64,000 nucleotides of DNA from Octopus vulgaris (Eukaryota): NCBI GenBank assembly GCA_951406725.2, contig OX597825.1, positions 6,014,001 through 6,078,000 on the forward strand, in the 5' to 3' direction. Below are positions 1 to 12,756 of the stretch, piece by piece. Both the position numbers and the translations under genes were made by a program. Under the pieces are notes generated by a model that was not told the DNA's origin, searched no databases, and saw nothing but the letters and a program-made list of their open reading frames with translations. How positions within the stretch are numbered: the first letter of the stretch is position 1; every line of letters starts with the position of its first letter.

Positions 1-88
1 GAAAAATTTGATTTGTATACCGGAAAATACGGTATCAAACAGTTAACATGTTACTAATGACTGCAAAGGTGCAAGTAGATTTGAGGAA

Positions 89-348
89 AATTCCTGTGTC
101 CTCGAGAGTTTGCCACGCCCTAACGTTAGGGCCTTATCTGACGAAAAAAGTTGCCTTTCAGATTGACGGTACTATGAGAAGGCAGCATGGAGTGAGCACA
201 TGAAACGATGGAAGTGTGTGGTTGTTCCATTAAAAATAGGATATCCGACGGATAGTTAAAGAGCTGAAGGGCCTCACCTGCTCTGCGCTCGTTAGAATAT
301 CTGTGAATGGCTTTCTTCTTAAGGCAAACTCTCGAGGACACAGGAATT
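89..348. repeat. 26-bp perfect inverted repeat bracketing a degenerate, possibly LINE-derived fragment
   Basis: aattcctgtgtcctcgagagtttgcc (89-114) is the exact reverse complement of 323-348. The internal minus-strand ORF 126-341 loosely resembles a CR1/L2 ORF2 C-terminus. Confidence 0.6.
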
Positions 349-1058
349 ACATGCTAATTAACCCATAGTTGGAGCCTTGACAAGGGCTACAACTCGGGGC
401 CAGAGGAAACCTGAAACAATAGTGGCTAAGAGGTAGCTCCACCCTCCTCAAAACCCTGGAACTCCCGAATTGGGACCCCACTACTCCAATACTGAATGTA
501 GCTTAAAGTCATGTCCAGGACAATGTATTAATATCTGACATAACAGGCAGTGGTCACGTACTTGGGATATACTTAACAGGTTCCAGTTCTCCTTCTCTAT
601 GTCCTTTCACTGACAATGTAGTACCAGTCATGCACTGGAGACTGAGTTAACAAATTCGATTCCCACTATTCTCTATGTCTTCCTTATAATCATTGACTAA
701 TATAAGACATAAGACTCGTGTACTGAGCTAGATTTAAAGGATCTTAACCTTTATTCTCTGGGGCCATTCTATGACCCTATACTACTAATCTATAAAATAT
801 AATTAAACTTTTCACTTCGAAATAACTTGATTGCATCATCTATTATACTTTCCAAGGGTTTTTTTGCTGTTGTTGTATTTTTTTTTTTTAGTATATACAT
901 TTTTTTTTCTCTCTCAGTTCTGGCAGATCAAATAACGTTTGTAAACACCTTCACCTGATGCAGGTAGTGCGCAGTTTCTTATACATTCAGCAGTAAATCA
1001 ACGACAGGTATTTATGACATTTCTGATGCAATTACCGCTGAAAATTTGTACAGCTAAA

Positions 1059-1059
1059 T

Positions 1060-1099
<40 letters not shown>

Positions 1100-1119
1100 G
1101 TATGAGTAAGCATGTGGGC

Positions 1120-1181
<62 letters not shown>

Positions 1182-1236
1182 ATGTGTGTGTGTGTGTATT
1201 ATTTATATAATTATATATTTATATATATATACATAT

Positions 1237-1267
<31 letters not shown>

Positions 1268-1522
1268 CAGATGTACATACCACAAGAAGAGAGTACTACT
1301 ACTACTACTAATAATAATAATAATAATAAAAACACGTTGTGTTTTTGCTTTCATTTCGTGAAAGTTTATTAGTTGCTGTTGTTGTTGTTGTGTGCATGCG
1401 TGTGTGCGCGCGCCTTTGTGCGTGTGTTTCTGTGTGCATATATATATGTGTGTGTGTATGCATGTATGTATGCGTGTGTATGTTTGTGTGTGTGTGCATA
1501 CATATATATATGCATGTGTGTA

Positions 1523-1557
<35 letters not shown>

Positions 1558-1560
1558 AGA
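1059..1560. repeat. compound microsatellite (CA/TA/TG/TAC/TAA/GTT)
   Basis: Direct reading. It accounts for the low-complexity ORFs at 1102-1738. Confidence 0.95.
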
Positions 1561-1819
1561 TTATTTGTTTTGTTTTACATGTCTCTGGTTGTTTGACAGC
1601 CATCCATGGCTTGTCGTGCCGAAAAGATGTCATTCTATCGTTTTCCACACACACACACACACACACACCACACACTTATTCTTGTTCAGGTCAAAAGGAT
1701 ATTCACCGTGTTTAATACCGCAAAAGTTTCACCGTTGATGTCGTTCTCTGTGCATTGCTGAAAAGAAAAAAGGAAGTGAAACAGCTTAAGACAGATATCC
1801 TAGTCTATTTAGTATATAT

Positions 1820-2222
1820 TCTTTTCTACTCTCGGCACAAGGCCCGAAATTTTGGGGAAGGGCTCCAGTCGATTAGATTGACCCCAGTATGTAAATGGTA
1901 CTTAATTTATCGACCCCAGAAAGGATGAAAGGCAAAGTCGACCTCGGCTGAATTTGAACTCAGAACGTAAAGACAGGTGAAATGCCTGTGTTAACGGTTA
2001 TGCCAGCTCGCCGCCTTATCTATCTTGCATATATTCCTTTCCACTATAGGCACGAAGCCTGAAATTTTGGCGGACGGATCTATTCGATTACATCGACCCC
2101 ACTGCGTACTTAAGTGGTACTTATTTATTGACCCAAAAGTATGAAAGGTAAAGTCGAGCTTGGCGCAATTTAAACTCAATGTAACGATAGACGCATTTTA
2201 CCCGACGTGTTAACGATTCTGT
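1820..2222 (-). mobile_element. tRNA-derived SINE family A, two adjacent copies
   Basis: Contains cgacccc-gaaaggatgaaaggcaaagtcgacctcggcggaatttgaactcagaacg, which recurs dozens of times in the window. B-box-like GAGTTCAAATTCC lies on the minus strand. Confidence 0.85.
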
Positions 2223-2223
2223 A

Positions 2224-2292
<69 letters not shown>

Positions 2293-2295
<3 letters not shown>

Positions 2296-3499
2296 GAGGG
2301 GTGTATGAAACGTTTTGAGCCTAACCTAGAAACTGGGCTGCTAGGTAGCTGAAACAATTTTTTCTGGTAAGTACAGTCTTTTCGGAGTATTCTTGCTCAT
2401 TTTCATGATTCTGATATTTTATTTATTTTTTTTTTTTTTTTTGCAGATTTTTGAATAAACAAGTGTCGAGGTTACAAGGAAAATGGAAAAAAACTGAGTA
2501 TCGTGCTGTCATAAAGTACCTTTATTTGAAAGGCATGACTCCATCAGAAATCCATGAAGATATGGTGAGAAGCTTAACAGACAATGCTCCTTCATATGCA
2601 ACAGTTAAACGCTGGGTAAATGAATTCCAGCGTGGCAGGGAGAGTGTGGAAGATGATCCCGGACCATGGAGACCTCCAACTGCAACCACCAAGGATAACC
2701 TTGACCTTGATCTTAGCATGATAATGCAAGATCGTCGAATATCATGACGTCAGATAGCCGAGAGACTTGGCATATCAACCGAAAGAGCAGAGAACATTGT
2801 GACAAAAGAACTTGGGTTCTCAAAGGTTTCTGCAAGGTGGGTCCCTCGCCGTTTGACTCCTGAACAGAAACGCACCAGGTGCACTTTGTCCACGAGCAAA
2901 CTGGAACTGTTTGAAGCCGATGAAGAGAATTTCCTTGCTCGTTTCATTACTATGGACGAAAGTTGGGTTCATCACTACCAGCCTGAAACCAAAGAACAAT
3001 CAAAACAGTAGAAGCACACATATTCTCCTATCCACAAAGAAGGTCAGGGTCATTCCTTCAGCTGGCAAGGTCATGACGTCAGTTTTTTGGGGATTCTCAA
3101 GGTGTCTTGCTGATCGATTATCTTGAAATGGGTCACACCCTGAGAGGGCTGTATTATTCTCAGCTACCGAAACGCTTCCGAGAAGCAATCAAAGAACAAA
3201 AGCCGGGACCGCTCACCAGAGGAACCCTTTTTCATCACGACAATGCTCCAGCCCACACCTCAGTGGTTGCCATGGCAACAATTCGTGATTGTGGATACGA
3301 ACTTGTTCCCCATCCGCCTTATTCGCCAGACTTATCCCCCTCTGACTTTCATCTATTCCCCAAAATGGAAAAAGCCCTGGCTGGTCGCCATTTTGCCAGT
3401 GACAATGACGTCATAGACGCTGTAGGAATTTTCTTAGAGTCTCAAACGAAAGAGTTCCTCTACGCCGGGATAATGAGAAAAAAATTCTTGATATGCTAA
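2293..3499 (+). mobile_element. Tc1/mariner (DD34D mariner) DNA transposon, 3'-truncated, at the edge of a (TA)n tract
   Basis: Left terminus cacgaggggtgtatgaaacg follows the TA repeat and transposase motifs follow. No matching right TIR was found. Confidence 0.9.
2483..3499 (+). pseudogene. mariner transposase pseudogene
   Basis: HTH region (EYRAVIKYL..PSYATVKRWVNEF), WVPRRL (WVPHEL motif), TMDESWVHHY, HHDNAPAH and PPYSPDLSPSDFHLF. It has a +1 frameshift after the ATG at 2483, TGA at 2745-2747, TAG at 3009-3011 and further frameshifts. Confidence 0.93.
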
Positions 3500-3914
3500 A
3501 ATTATCTCTGCCTCTCGAGATGAGAGATAAGGTTCGAGAATACCAGAAACGACTTCTACTTGCAGAATCTCCCACTTCTCTAATTTTGCTAACTGAAACG
3601 ACATCTGTGATTAGGAGAAAGAATTATTAATTAGCTTAATGGTTTAGAAACAATGTTAATAAGATGCTTAGTGAAATTTCGAAGTTACTATAAACAAAAT
3701 TAATATAAATATGCAAGGCACGCCTCTAATGTATGAATATTTTGATGCATAAAAGCCTTCAACTAATTGAATTCATACTATATATATATATATATATACT
3801 CGTTTATCACGGGTGTTTGGTTCAAAAATAAAGCACCGTGTTAAATGAATCGGTAATAAGTGAATAATAGAGCTGTGGGGGAAATAGGTTTTGTTTTGAA
3901 ACCCCGAGTTGCAT

Positions 3915-4318
3915 ACTCTTTTACTTGTTTCAGTCATTTGACTGCTGCCATGCTGGAGCACCGCCTTTTTAGTCGAGCACATCGACCCCGGGCCTTACTC
4001 TTTTTTGTAAGCCCAGTACTTATTCTATCGGTCTCTTTTGCCGAACCGCTAAGTGACGGGGACACCAGCATCGGTTGTCAAGCAATGCTAGGGGGGACAA
4101 ACACAGACACACAAACCCATACACACATACATATATATATATATATAAATACATATATACGACAGGCTACTTTCAGTTTCCGTCTACCAAATCCACTCAC
4201 AAGGCATTGGTCGGCCCGGGGCTATAGCAGAAGACACTTGCCCAAGATGCCACGCAGTGGGACTGAACCCAGAACCATGTGGTTGGTTAGCAAGCTACTT
4301 ACCACACAGCCACTCCTG
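3915..4318 (-). mobile_element. tRNA-derived SINE family B with internal CA/TA microsatellite
   Basis: The head ggagtggctgtgtggtaagtagcttgct..ggttcagtcccactgcgtggca is on the minus strand. Related copies lie at about 6525-6985, 12552-12960, 32050-32610, 46090-46680 and 61070-61640. Confidence 0.85.
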
Positions 4319-5110
4319 TATCTATAACTTACTCGAATAACATCGCCAAGCAGTTTTTAAATACACATAATGATATTGTTTGATGTTTGGAAAAATATTT
4401 TAGAGTAAAATTTAATAATATGATATCAGTAAATGATTTTAAAAAATGATAACCACAAATGTTATGACAACGAACCTTTGACTCATTACTAACCCGTGTT
4501 ATCACAGATCAGTTCTTGATAAATGTAGCATGGTTCAAAAATTGAGTGTACCGGGTTATCCCAGATCAGCTATAAATAGATCAATGATAAACGAGGACAG
4601 ATGTATTCAAATTTATTAGAGTCTTATTTAATAAGATCGTTGCTTCCAATCTGATGAAAATGTACAATAAAAATTATAAGAGTGGTCGACACTTATTGAT
4701 TCCCTGAAGCACATGAAACTGAAAGTGTTTTGTTGGTGTTTCCAGGTCAAACAGGAGAAAATATTACTAAAGATCTTATGATATTATAAAGATATAACTC
4801 AGGTGAGTTATTTTGTAGGTGTTTTTTTTAGAGCTTCATGAAAGTGAAATTTTATCTAGAAGCTATTTTCTGGGTCAAAACATTACAATTATTATAAAGG
4901 TGTATAAAAGTGTTAAAACACAAAAGAATAAAAACGAAAGTGTTTTTCGAAATGTTATAAATAAAACATAAAAAATTTTTCTATGAATATATTATCATCA
5001 ATATCAAACGAGAATAAAATCTTGGGGAAATTTCGAACCTGGGTTCTCATTCCTAAGACATTGTTCGATGTTATTATTATTATTATTGTTAATTTTCAGG
5101 ACATACGATC

Positions 5111-5185
5111 GTGGGCATATGGCGTAATGGTTAAGAGCGCGGGCTACTAACCCTAAGATTCCGAGTTCGATTCCAGGCAGAGACC
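5111..5185 (+). mobile_element. tRNA-like head (SINE or tRNA pseudogene) followed by (AAT)n
   Basis: A-box tggcgtaatgg, B-box gagttcgattcc, anticodon-arm-like gggctactaaccc. The acceptor stem does not pair. Confidence 0.6.
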
Positions 5186-5460
5186 TGAACAATAATAATA
5201 ATATTCTCATAGGGAACAGGAAACAATAGAATAAACAAAAGTTTATAAGGAAAGAAATTTAAATAATCAGAAAATAGAGGGAAAATTTTTGATCAACCAA
5301 CAAATAAATTTAACCACATCGTTTGATTGTATTTTTAATACAAAACATGACATATATTATGTTATGTCACGTTTTGTATTAAAAAACACAATCTACCAAT
5401 GTGATTCAATTTGTTTGTTTGTTGATCAAAAATTTTCTCCATTTTCTGATTATTTAAATT

Positions 5461-5503
<43 letters not shown>

Positions 5504-5917
5504 TCAATGAGCTTGTTAAACTTTTTTATATTCTCAACATACTCTTGTCACCAAAGAATGTATATTTATATGGATTATAGTACTCTGTGTCAACCAATAT
5601 TCTGTGCATGTTTGAATATTCAGATACAATACCAATATCAATTCCTTCTGGAAACTATCTTAAGCATGTCCTTGAGAACGATTATTTATGTAGTAATCTT
5701 TTGTGCCCAATATTATAGGAACTTGTTGAACTTTTTTATGTCCTTCACATGTCCCTGTTACCAAAGGCTGTATATATATATGTAATGTAGCAATTTGCAA
5801 CAACCAATAATTAACGCAACCAAACCTCTACATGTTACTTTTGACAATCTTTTTCCAAAGAGTGAAACCGGTAAAGTAAATAAACATCTTTTAAATTGCA
5901 TTTTCAAACCTTCTTTC

Positions 5918-5954
<37 letters not shown>

Positions 5955-5980
5955 CAATAATAAAATTTAAAATTTGAAAT

Positions 5981-6065
5981 ACTGTACTGATGAAGGGAAT
6001 AAGTGAGTAGAAATATGATTTTACATCTTTTTTACATCTCTTTAACCTCGAAACGCGTATACAGT
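5981..6065 (+). ncRNA. type I hammerhead ribozyme (Penelope-associated minimal type)
   Basis: Stem I actgta/tacagt is perfect. Then core CTGATGA, stem II agg...cct with a long insert, and GAAAC-GC-GTA with palindromic stem III (ACGCGT). Confidence 0.75.
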
Positions 6066-6247
6066 TAATCAAAGCCGAGTGTATTCGTTATTTTTTTTCT
6101 CTTTACCTGCGGTGAGTTGTAGAGTATTGCTGTCTGTGAGATAGCTTATGGCAGTAGAATAGTATTTTAACTGCTATTTCTAAATTTCGGTATGTGGTGA
6201 AGCAAATTTTGCTGAACCCTAATTATAATTATGCTCATAATTATAGA

Positions 6248-6320
<73 letters not shown>

Positions 6321-6771
6321 ACCTAGTGGTAGGGGTTGTTGCACTCATGATCGGCAGATCGTGTGTTCTATTCCTAGGCAGTGCAATGCGATGTGTTCTT
6401 GAGCAAAACACTTCATTTCCCGTTGCTCCTCAATCACTTGGACATCTGCGGCATGGCACACCACGAACCTGTACAAGCAATGACCATTTGATGGAAGGGG
6501 TGAACCTATGTCCAGTACTATTGTTTTATTCTTTTATTTGTTTCAGCCATTTGACTGCGATTATACCGGAGCACTGCCTTAAAGGGGTTTTTAGTCGAAA
6601 AAAATCAACCCCAGAACCTATTCTTTGTAAACCTAGTACTTATTCTATCGGTTTTTCTTGCCGAAACGCTACGTTACGTAAGCGAAAGTACACCAACATC
6701 GGTTGTCAAGCGATGATGGGAGGACAAACACAGACACAAAGATACACACAAACACACAAATACACACACAC

Positions 6772-6833
<62 letters not shown>

Positions 6834-7410
6834 GACGGGCTTCTTTCAGTTTCCGCCTACCAAATTCACTCACAAAGCTTTGATCGTAGAAGACACTTGC
6901 TTGAGGTGCCACGCAGTAGGACTGAACCTGGAAATCATGTGATTGGGAAGCAAGCTTCTTACCACACAGCCACGCCTGCGCCTATGAAAAAAAGAATCAT
7001 TTGTGCTATTTGTTCAGCAAGAAAATTCAGAAGAGCGTCTTTAATGGTTCGAGAGAGAGTGGCATCAAATTAAATGAATATCAGAAGAACGCTGATACCT
7101 GTTTAAATTGTGGGTCGAAGGTGAAGGTTAGGAGTTCCTATCTTAACGTTGGCACTAAGTTAGGTTGTTCAGCTGACAAGAAATTTCTCTCGCTCGCTCG
7201 CTCGCTTTGAAATGCTCCAGTTTAGTCATCAACAGATGCTCGAAATGATTACCACGGTCGTAAAGAAGAAAATTCATGCGTTAGACATGTAAGGAACACA
7301 GCCCTGTATCACAGTCATGTTAAATATGCTAATGAATACTCAAGAGATCTAAGCTAGGCAGCAGATGCCGCAAGAAAATTGCATCAGACACACAACACTG
7401 CGCGTGCGTT

Positions 7411-7486
<76 letters not shown>

Positions 7487-7586
7487 CGTGGGCCATAATG
7501 ATAAGACAGTTATATAATAAATATATTTGTTGGTTATTTATATTATTTACATTTGACGGATATTTGTCCTCATCTTGTTTGTTGTT

Positions 7587-7632
7587 AACACAACGTTTCG
7601 GCTGATACACCCTCCAGCCTTCATCAGGTGTC
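7587..7632 (-). ncRNA. minimal hammerhead ribozyme motif in a small repeat
   Basis: Minus strand reads gacac-CTGATGA-a-ggctg..cagcc-GAAAC-GTT-gtgtt. Confidence 0.6.
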
Positions 7633-7679
7633 TTGAGGAAATTTCGAACCTGGGTTCTCATTCCTAAGTTATTTTTCTA

Positions 7680-7712
<33 letters not shown>

Positions 7713-7716
7713 CATC

Positions 7717-7784
<68 letters not shown>

Positions 7785-7875
7785 CGTTATTATTATTATT
7801 ATTATTGTTATTATTATTATTATTACTATTATTATTATTATTATTATTATTATGATTGTTATTATTATTATTCAG

Positions 7876-8412
7876 TAGTTTTATTTTTATAGCGTGCTTT
7901 CATTTCACTACCGAGCGCAGCTCTGTGTGCCTTGGGTATGTGCTGTGATTTGTTGTGATGCTCTGATGGTTATTGTATGGAAAGTGTTCTGCGTAGGATG
8001 TATGCAGTGCCTAGTAGTGCAATTTTCTGTATGTTATATGTGTTTGTAAGTCCTGGTGTTTTTGTTATGTATTTGTCTGAATATTTTTTATCATGCCTAA
8101 TGCACCTACTATGATAGGAATTGTTTCTGTTTTTAGATTCCACATTCTGGTTACCTCTATTTCCAGATCTTTGTATTTTGAAAGTTTCTCCATTTCTTTT
8201 AGAGACACGTTGTCATCTGCTGGTATTGATACATCAATTAGAAAGCATTTTTTTCTTCATGATCTCTGACAACTATATCTGGTCTGTTGGTCTTAATTTC
8301 TCTATCTGTGTGTATCGGCATATCCCAGAGTATGGTTGCTTTCTCGTTTTCTGTGACCTTTTCTGGTGTGTGTCTATACCATCTTTTTTCTGTTGTTATT
8401 CCATAATGTTGG
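7876..8412 (-). mobile_element. 3' fragment of an R4/Dong-clade non-LTR retrotransposon (restriction-like endonuclease) within (TAA)n
   Basis: WYRHTPEKVTENEKATILWDMPIHTDREIKTNRPDIVV, then after a frameshift LIDVSIP..KYKDL..PIIVGALG..QKIALLGTAHILRR. This is a PD-(D/E)xK RLE domain, flanked on both sides by TAA repeats. Confidence 0.85.
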
Positions 8413-8481
8413 CTATTATTATTATTATTATTAATATTATTATTATTATTATTATTATCATTATTATTATTATTATTATTA

Positions 8482-8543
<62 letters not shown>

Positions 8544-8625
8544 GTTATTATTATTATTATTTATGGGTTTTTCTTCTTCTTTCAAATTTGCTTCCATTTC
8601 TTGCCGAGTGTCTTCCCGACTCCTA

Positions 8626-8705
<80 letters not shown>

Positions 8706-8755
8706 ACATCGCAAAATACCTTAGGAATGAGAACCCAGGTTCGAAATTTCCTCAA

Positions 8756-8801
8756 GACACCTGATGAAGGCTGGAGGGTATATCAGCCGAAACGTTGTGT
8801 T
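8756..8801 (+). ncRNA. minimal hammerhead ribozyme motif, inverted copy of 7587-7632
   Basis: gacac-CTGATGA-a-ggctg-gagggtatat-cagcc-GAAAC-GTT-gtgtt. Confidence 0.6.
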
Positions 8802-8949
8802 AACAACAAATATGATGATAACAACAAAGACGGACGAAATACCTATTTCTTTACTATCCACAAGGGGCTAAACTCAGAGAGGACAAACTAGGACAGAGAA
8901 ACGGATTAAGTCGATTGTATCGACCACCAGGGCGTAACTGGTACATAAA

Positions 8950-9685
8950 TAATACATACATTCATTCATACATACATTCATACATACATACATACATACA
9001 TACATAAATACATACATGCATGCATACATACACACATACATACATGCATGCATACATACAAGCATACATACTAATACATACACACATTCATTCATTCATA
9101 CATACATACATACATACATACATACATACATACATACATACACACATATATACATACATACATACATACATACACACATACATACATACACACATATATA
9201 CATACATACATACATATATACATACATACATACATACACATGCATACATACACACATACATACATACATACATACACACACATACATACATACATACACA
9301 CACATACATACATACATACATGCATACATGCATACATACATACATAATACATACACACATACATACATACATACATACATACATACATTCATGCATGCAT
9401 ACATACATACATACATACACACATACATACATACACACATACATACACATGCATACATACACACATACATACATACATACATACATACATACATACATAC
9501 ATACATACATACATACATACATACATACATAATACATACACACATACATACATACATACATACATACATACATACATACATACATGCATACATGCATACA
9601 TACATACATACATAATACATACACACATACATACATACATACATGCATACATACATACATACATACATACATACATACATACGCA
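8950..9685. repeat. (CATA)n tetranucleotide microsatellite
   Basis: Direct reading. Source of the HTYI/MYVC ORFs. Confidence 0.97.
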
Positions 9686-10092
9686 CATCATAGGCGAACA
9701 ACCTCACACCTTTAAATAACATATTGTCTGAATGCTTCCTTTTTGGCTTAAATCTTATTTCGTTCTTTTGTATTTTTGCTCGTCTTTTTTTTTCTTACTT
9801 CTCTTCACATTTCTCTACATGTTATTGACATGGGACAACGTTCTCATTTTATTGCATGTGAATCAAAAAAATTGCATTCAAAGCAATAATAACAAAGGTT
9901 TTATCGAATGCCTTCTTTCGGCTTACTGAGGAACGATAACAAATCTCACCTTCCCCAACTGAATCAATGTCTGCCCAGCTATTTGTTTTAACATGTTCAA
10001 GCAGTCGAAAGGAATGTATTTCTTCTGCTTTACTCTTGGTTCCTTATGTAACTTCACACTTTCTCCCTCCTCCCTCTCTCCATGTGTGTGTT

Positions 10093-10167
<75 letters not shown>

Positions 10168-10397
10168 ACATACGAATTTGGGTCATTACCATTCACCTCA
10201 AATATATATATATACATAGCAGTCATATTTGGAGATGCTGCTCTAGTTTCATTTCAACTTCTACATTGTTATCATCTTCGTCATCATCATCGTCATCATC
10301 TTCGTCATCATCATCATCATCATCATCATTACCATTATCATCATCATCATCATTATTATTATTACTATTGTTATTGTTGCTGTTATTATTGTTTATC

Positions 10398-11732
10398 TTC
10401 TGAGAGCTTTCGATCTTGCTTGCTCCGGTTAATTCTCTTAGAACGGACAATAACCTCTTGTCAAAGACTGCACGGGGGCCCTTTCTACGATGCCCAGTAC
10501 CAATCTCAAAATCCTCACTGCCCCCAGTAGAGCAGTTCTTTGAGCATGTTCTATTTCCATGTCAATTCCAATCTCTCCCACATATTTCTCAAACGTGAGC
10601 CCTCCCAATCTGCCTACAACTGCAGAGATGACAGCTACCCCACATTGCCCACATTTTTGCAACTCCTTTTAGTAACTTGTATTTTTTCCATCTTTTGCAG
10701 CTCTTTGCCTCCTACCTAATCATAGATATTACCAAGTATTGCGACGAGCTGGCAGAAACGTTAGCAGGCCGGGCGAACTGCTTGGCGGTATTTCGTCCGT
10801 CTTTACGTTCTGAGTTCAAATTCCGCCGAGATTGACTTTGCCTTTCATCCTTTCGGGGTCGATTAAATAAGTACCAGTTACGCACTAGGGTCGATATAAT
10901 CGACTTAATCCGTTTGTCGTCCTTGTCTGTCCTCTCTGTGTTTAGACCCTTGTGGGTAATAATGAAATAGGTATTTCGTCCGTCTTTCCGTTTTGAGTTC
11001 AAATTTCGCCGAGGTCGACTTTGCCTTTCATGCTTTCGGAGTCGATAAATTAAGAACCAGTCATGTACTGAGGTCGATCTAATCGCCAATTCCCTCCCCA
11101 AATATCCCCATTAGTTTTATTGTCTTCTTTTAGATCATCTATATGTCTCTCATTAAGTAAACTACCACTACTCCTTTCCTGTGCTATGAGATTACTCTTA
11201 TTAGTAAGAACTGTATTTTCATTGTTATCACTGCTGCTATTTTCCATGATCCGTCTTTTGATAGCTTCGAGCTCTACTTCTGTGAACCAATAATTTTTTT
11301 TCATATTGCTCTAGCTTTATCACATAGTATCTGTTCCGTGAGTTGAAACAATCCCTTTTCTATCCAATGATCATACATACGTTGTTGATAACCACCAATT
11401 TGAGAACCATTCTCATCTACCGGGATGCTCAGGTAGTAACACTCCATGACCACAGCATTAATTTGCTTACTCCATCTACGCCGTGTGTGGTGGTCCCTTT
11501 CTGGATATCGACAGGCTGGAACCGGACCAGAATCTCTAAGCCTACCGGGTGTAACACTGTCACCATCATTGGCTTCAGTTTCATTACCACCGTTATTCAC
11601 AATATTTTGTTTCTTTCATTGTCACTCATATGGTGTAGCAATTATCAGGTTTTGCAAATACCAGTGTGTTTATTATGACACCATCACTAGATGTATCATT
11701 AATCAGCCCATGGGGAAGCTACACCCGTTTCC

Positions 11733-11735
<3 letters not shown>
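10398..11735 (-). mobile_element. internally deleted R4/Dong-like element with SINE A inserted at about 10742-11100
   Basis: N-terminal R4-type motif (RRRWSKQINAVVMECYY..GYQQRMYDHW..LTEQILCDKARAI*KKNYWFTEVELEAI) at about 11100-11600. RLE C-terminus (..IEHAQRTALLGAVRILRLVL) at about 10440-10680. Both ends abut TAA-type repeats. Confidence 0.75.
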
Positions 11736-11736
<1 letters not shown>

Positions 11737-11801
<65 letters not shown>

Positions 11802-11932
11802 CATTGTTATTATTATCATCATCATTATTATTATCATTGTTATTATTATCGTTATTAATATTATCATTGTTATTATTATCATTATTATTATTATCATTAT
11901 TATCATTATTATCATTATTATTATTATTATTA

Positions 11933-11975
<43 letters not shown>

Positions 11976-12130
11976 CATTGTTATTATTATCATTATTATT
12001 ATTATCATTGTTATTATCATTATTATTATTATTATTATTATTGTTATTATTATTATTATCTTTGTTATTATTATCATTATTATTGTTGTTGTTGTTGTTG
12101 TTGTTGTTATCACTGTTATTATTATCCTTA
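11737..12130. repeat. (TTA/TCA/TTG)n trinucleotide microsatellite
   Basis: Direct reading. Confidence 0.97.
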
Positions 12131-12721
12131 TCGTTGTTTATTGGTGGTGTTTTTGCTACGGTTTTATTATTTATTGGTGTTATTGTTGTTAAGGTTATCG
12201 AGAGAAATAAAACTACGCAGCATTTCTTAAGGGCGATAACCCTGTAGATAATGTTGAACGGGCTTCAAACGGATTTAAAACGTAAAACCCTTAAACTGCC
12301 TGTTTTAAAAATACATTAATTAATAAATGAACCACTTTGGTCAAAGCTTCTTTCTTTGAAGTTGACAGCATTAATCACATGAGCTGCAATAGAAAAACAA
12401 TAGGTCTTAAGCCTAACAATTCGTTCTTATGTATGTGTGTATATGTTTCCTAACGGAATCTACCGTTTTGTCTTGTTTTAATCTCCACCCTTCCTCACAT
12501 AGCCTCCATAAATTATGTCACTCACACTCATTTTAGTTTTAGCCATTATAGGTGCAACAGTGGCTGTGTGGTAAGTAGCCTGCTTACCAACCACATGGTT
12601 CCGGGTTCAGTCCCACTGCGTAGCACCTTGGGCAAGTGTCTTCTACTATAGCCTCGGGTCGACCAAAGCCTTGTGAGTGGATTTGGTGGGCGGAAACTGA
12701 AGGAAGCCCGTCGCATAAATG

Positions 12722-12756
<35 letters not shown>

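Noticed and set aside
9016-9722. Long ORFs of HTYI/MYVC repeats
   Set aside because: Translation of a (CATA)n microsatellite.
11446-12247. Poly-I and poly-L ORFs resembling membrane proteins
   Set aside because: (TTA)n repeat plus the antisense strand of a LINE fragment.
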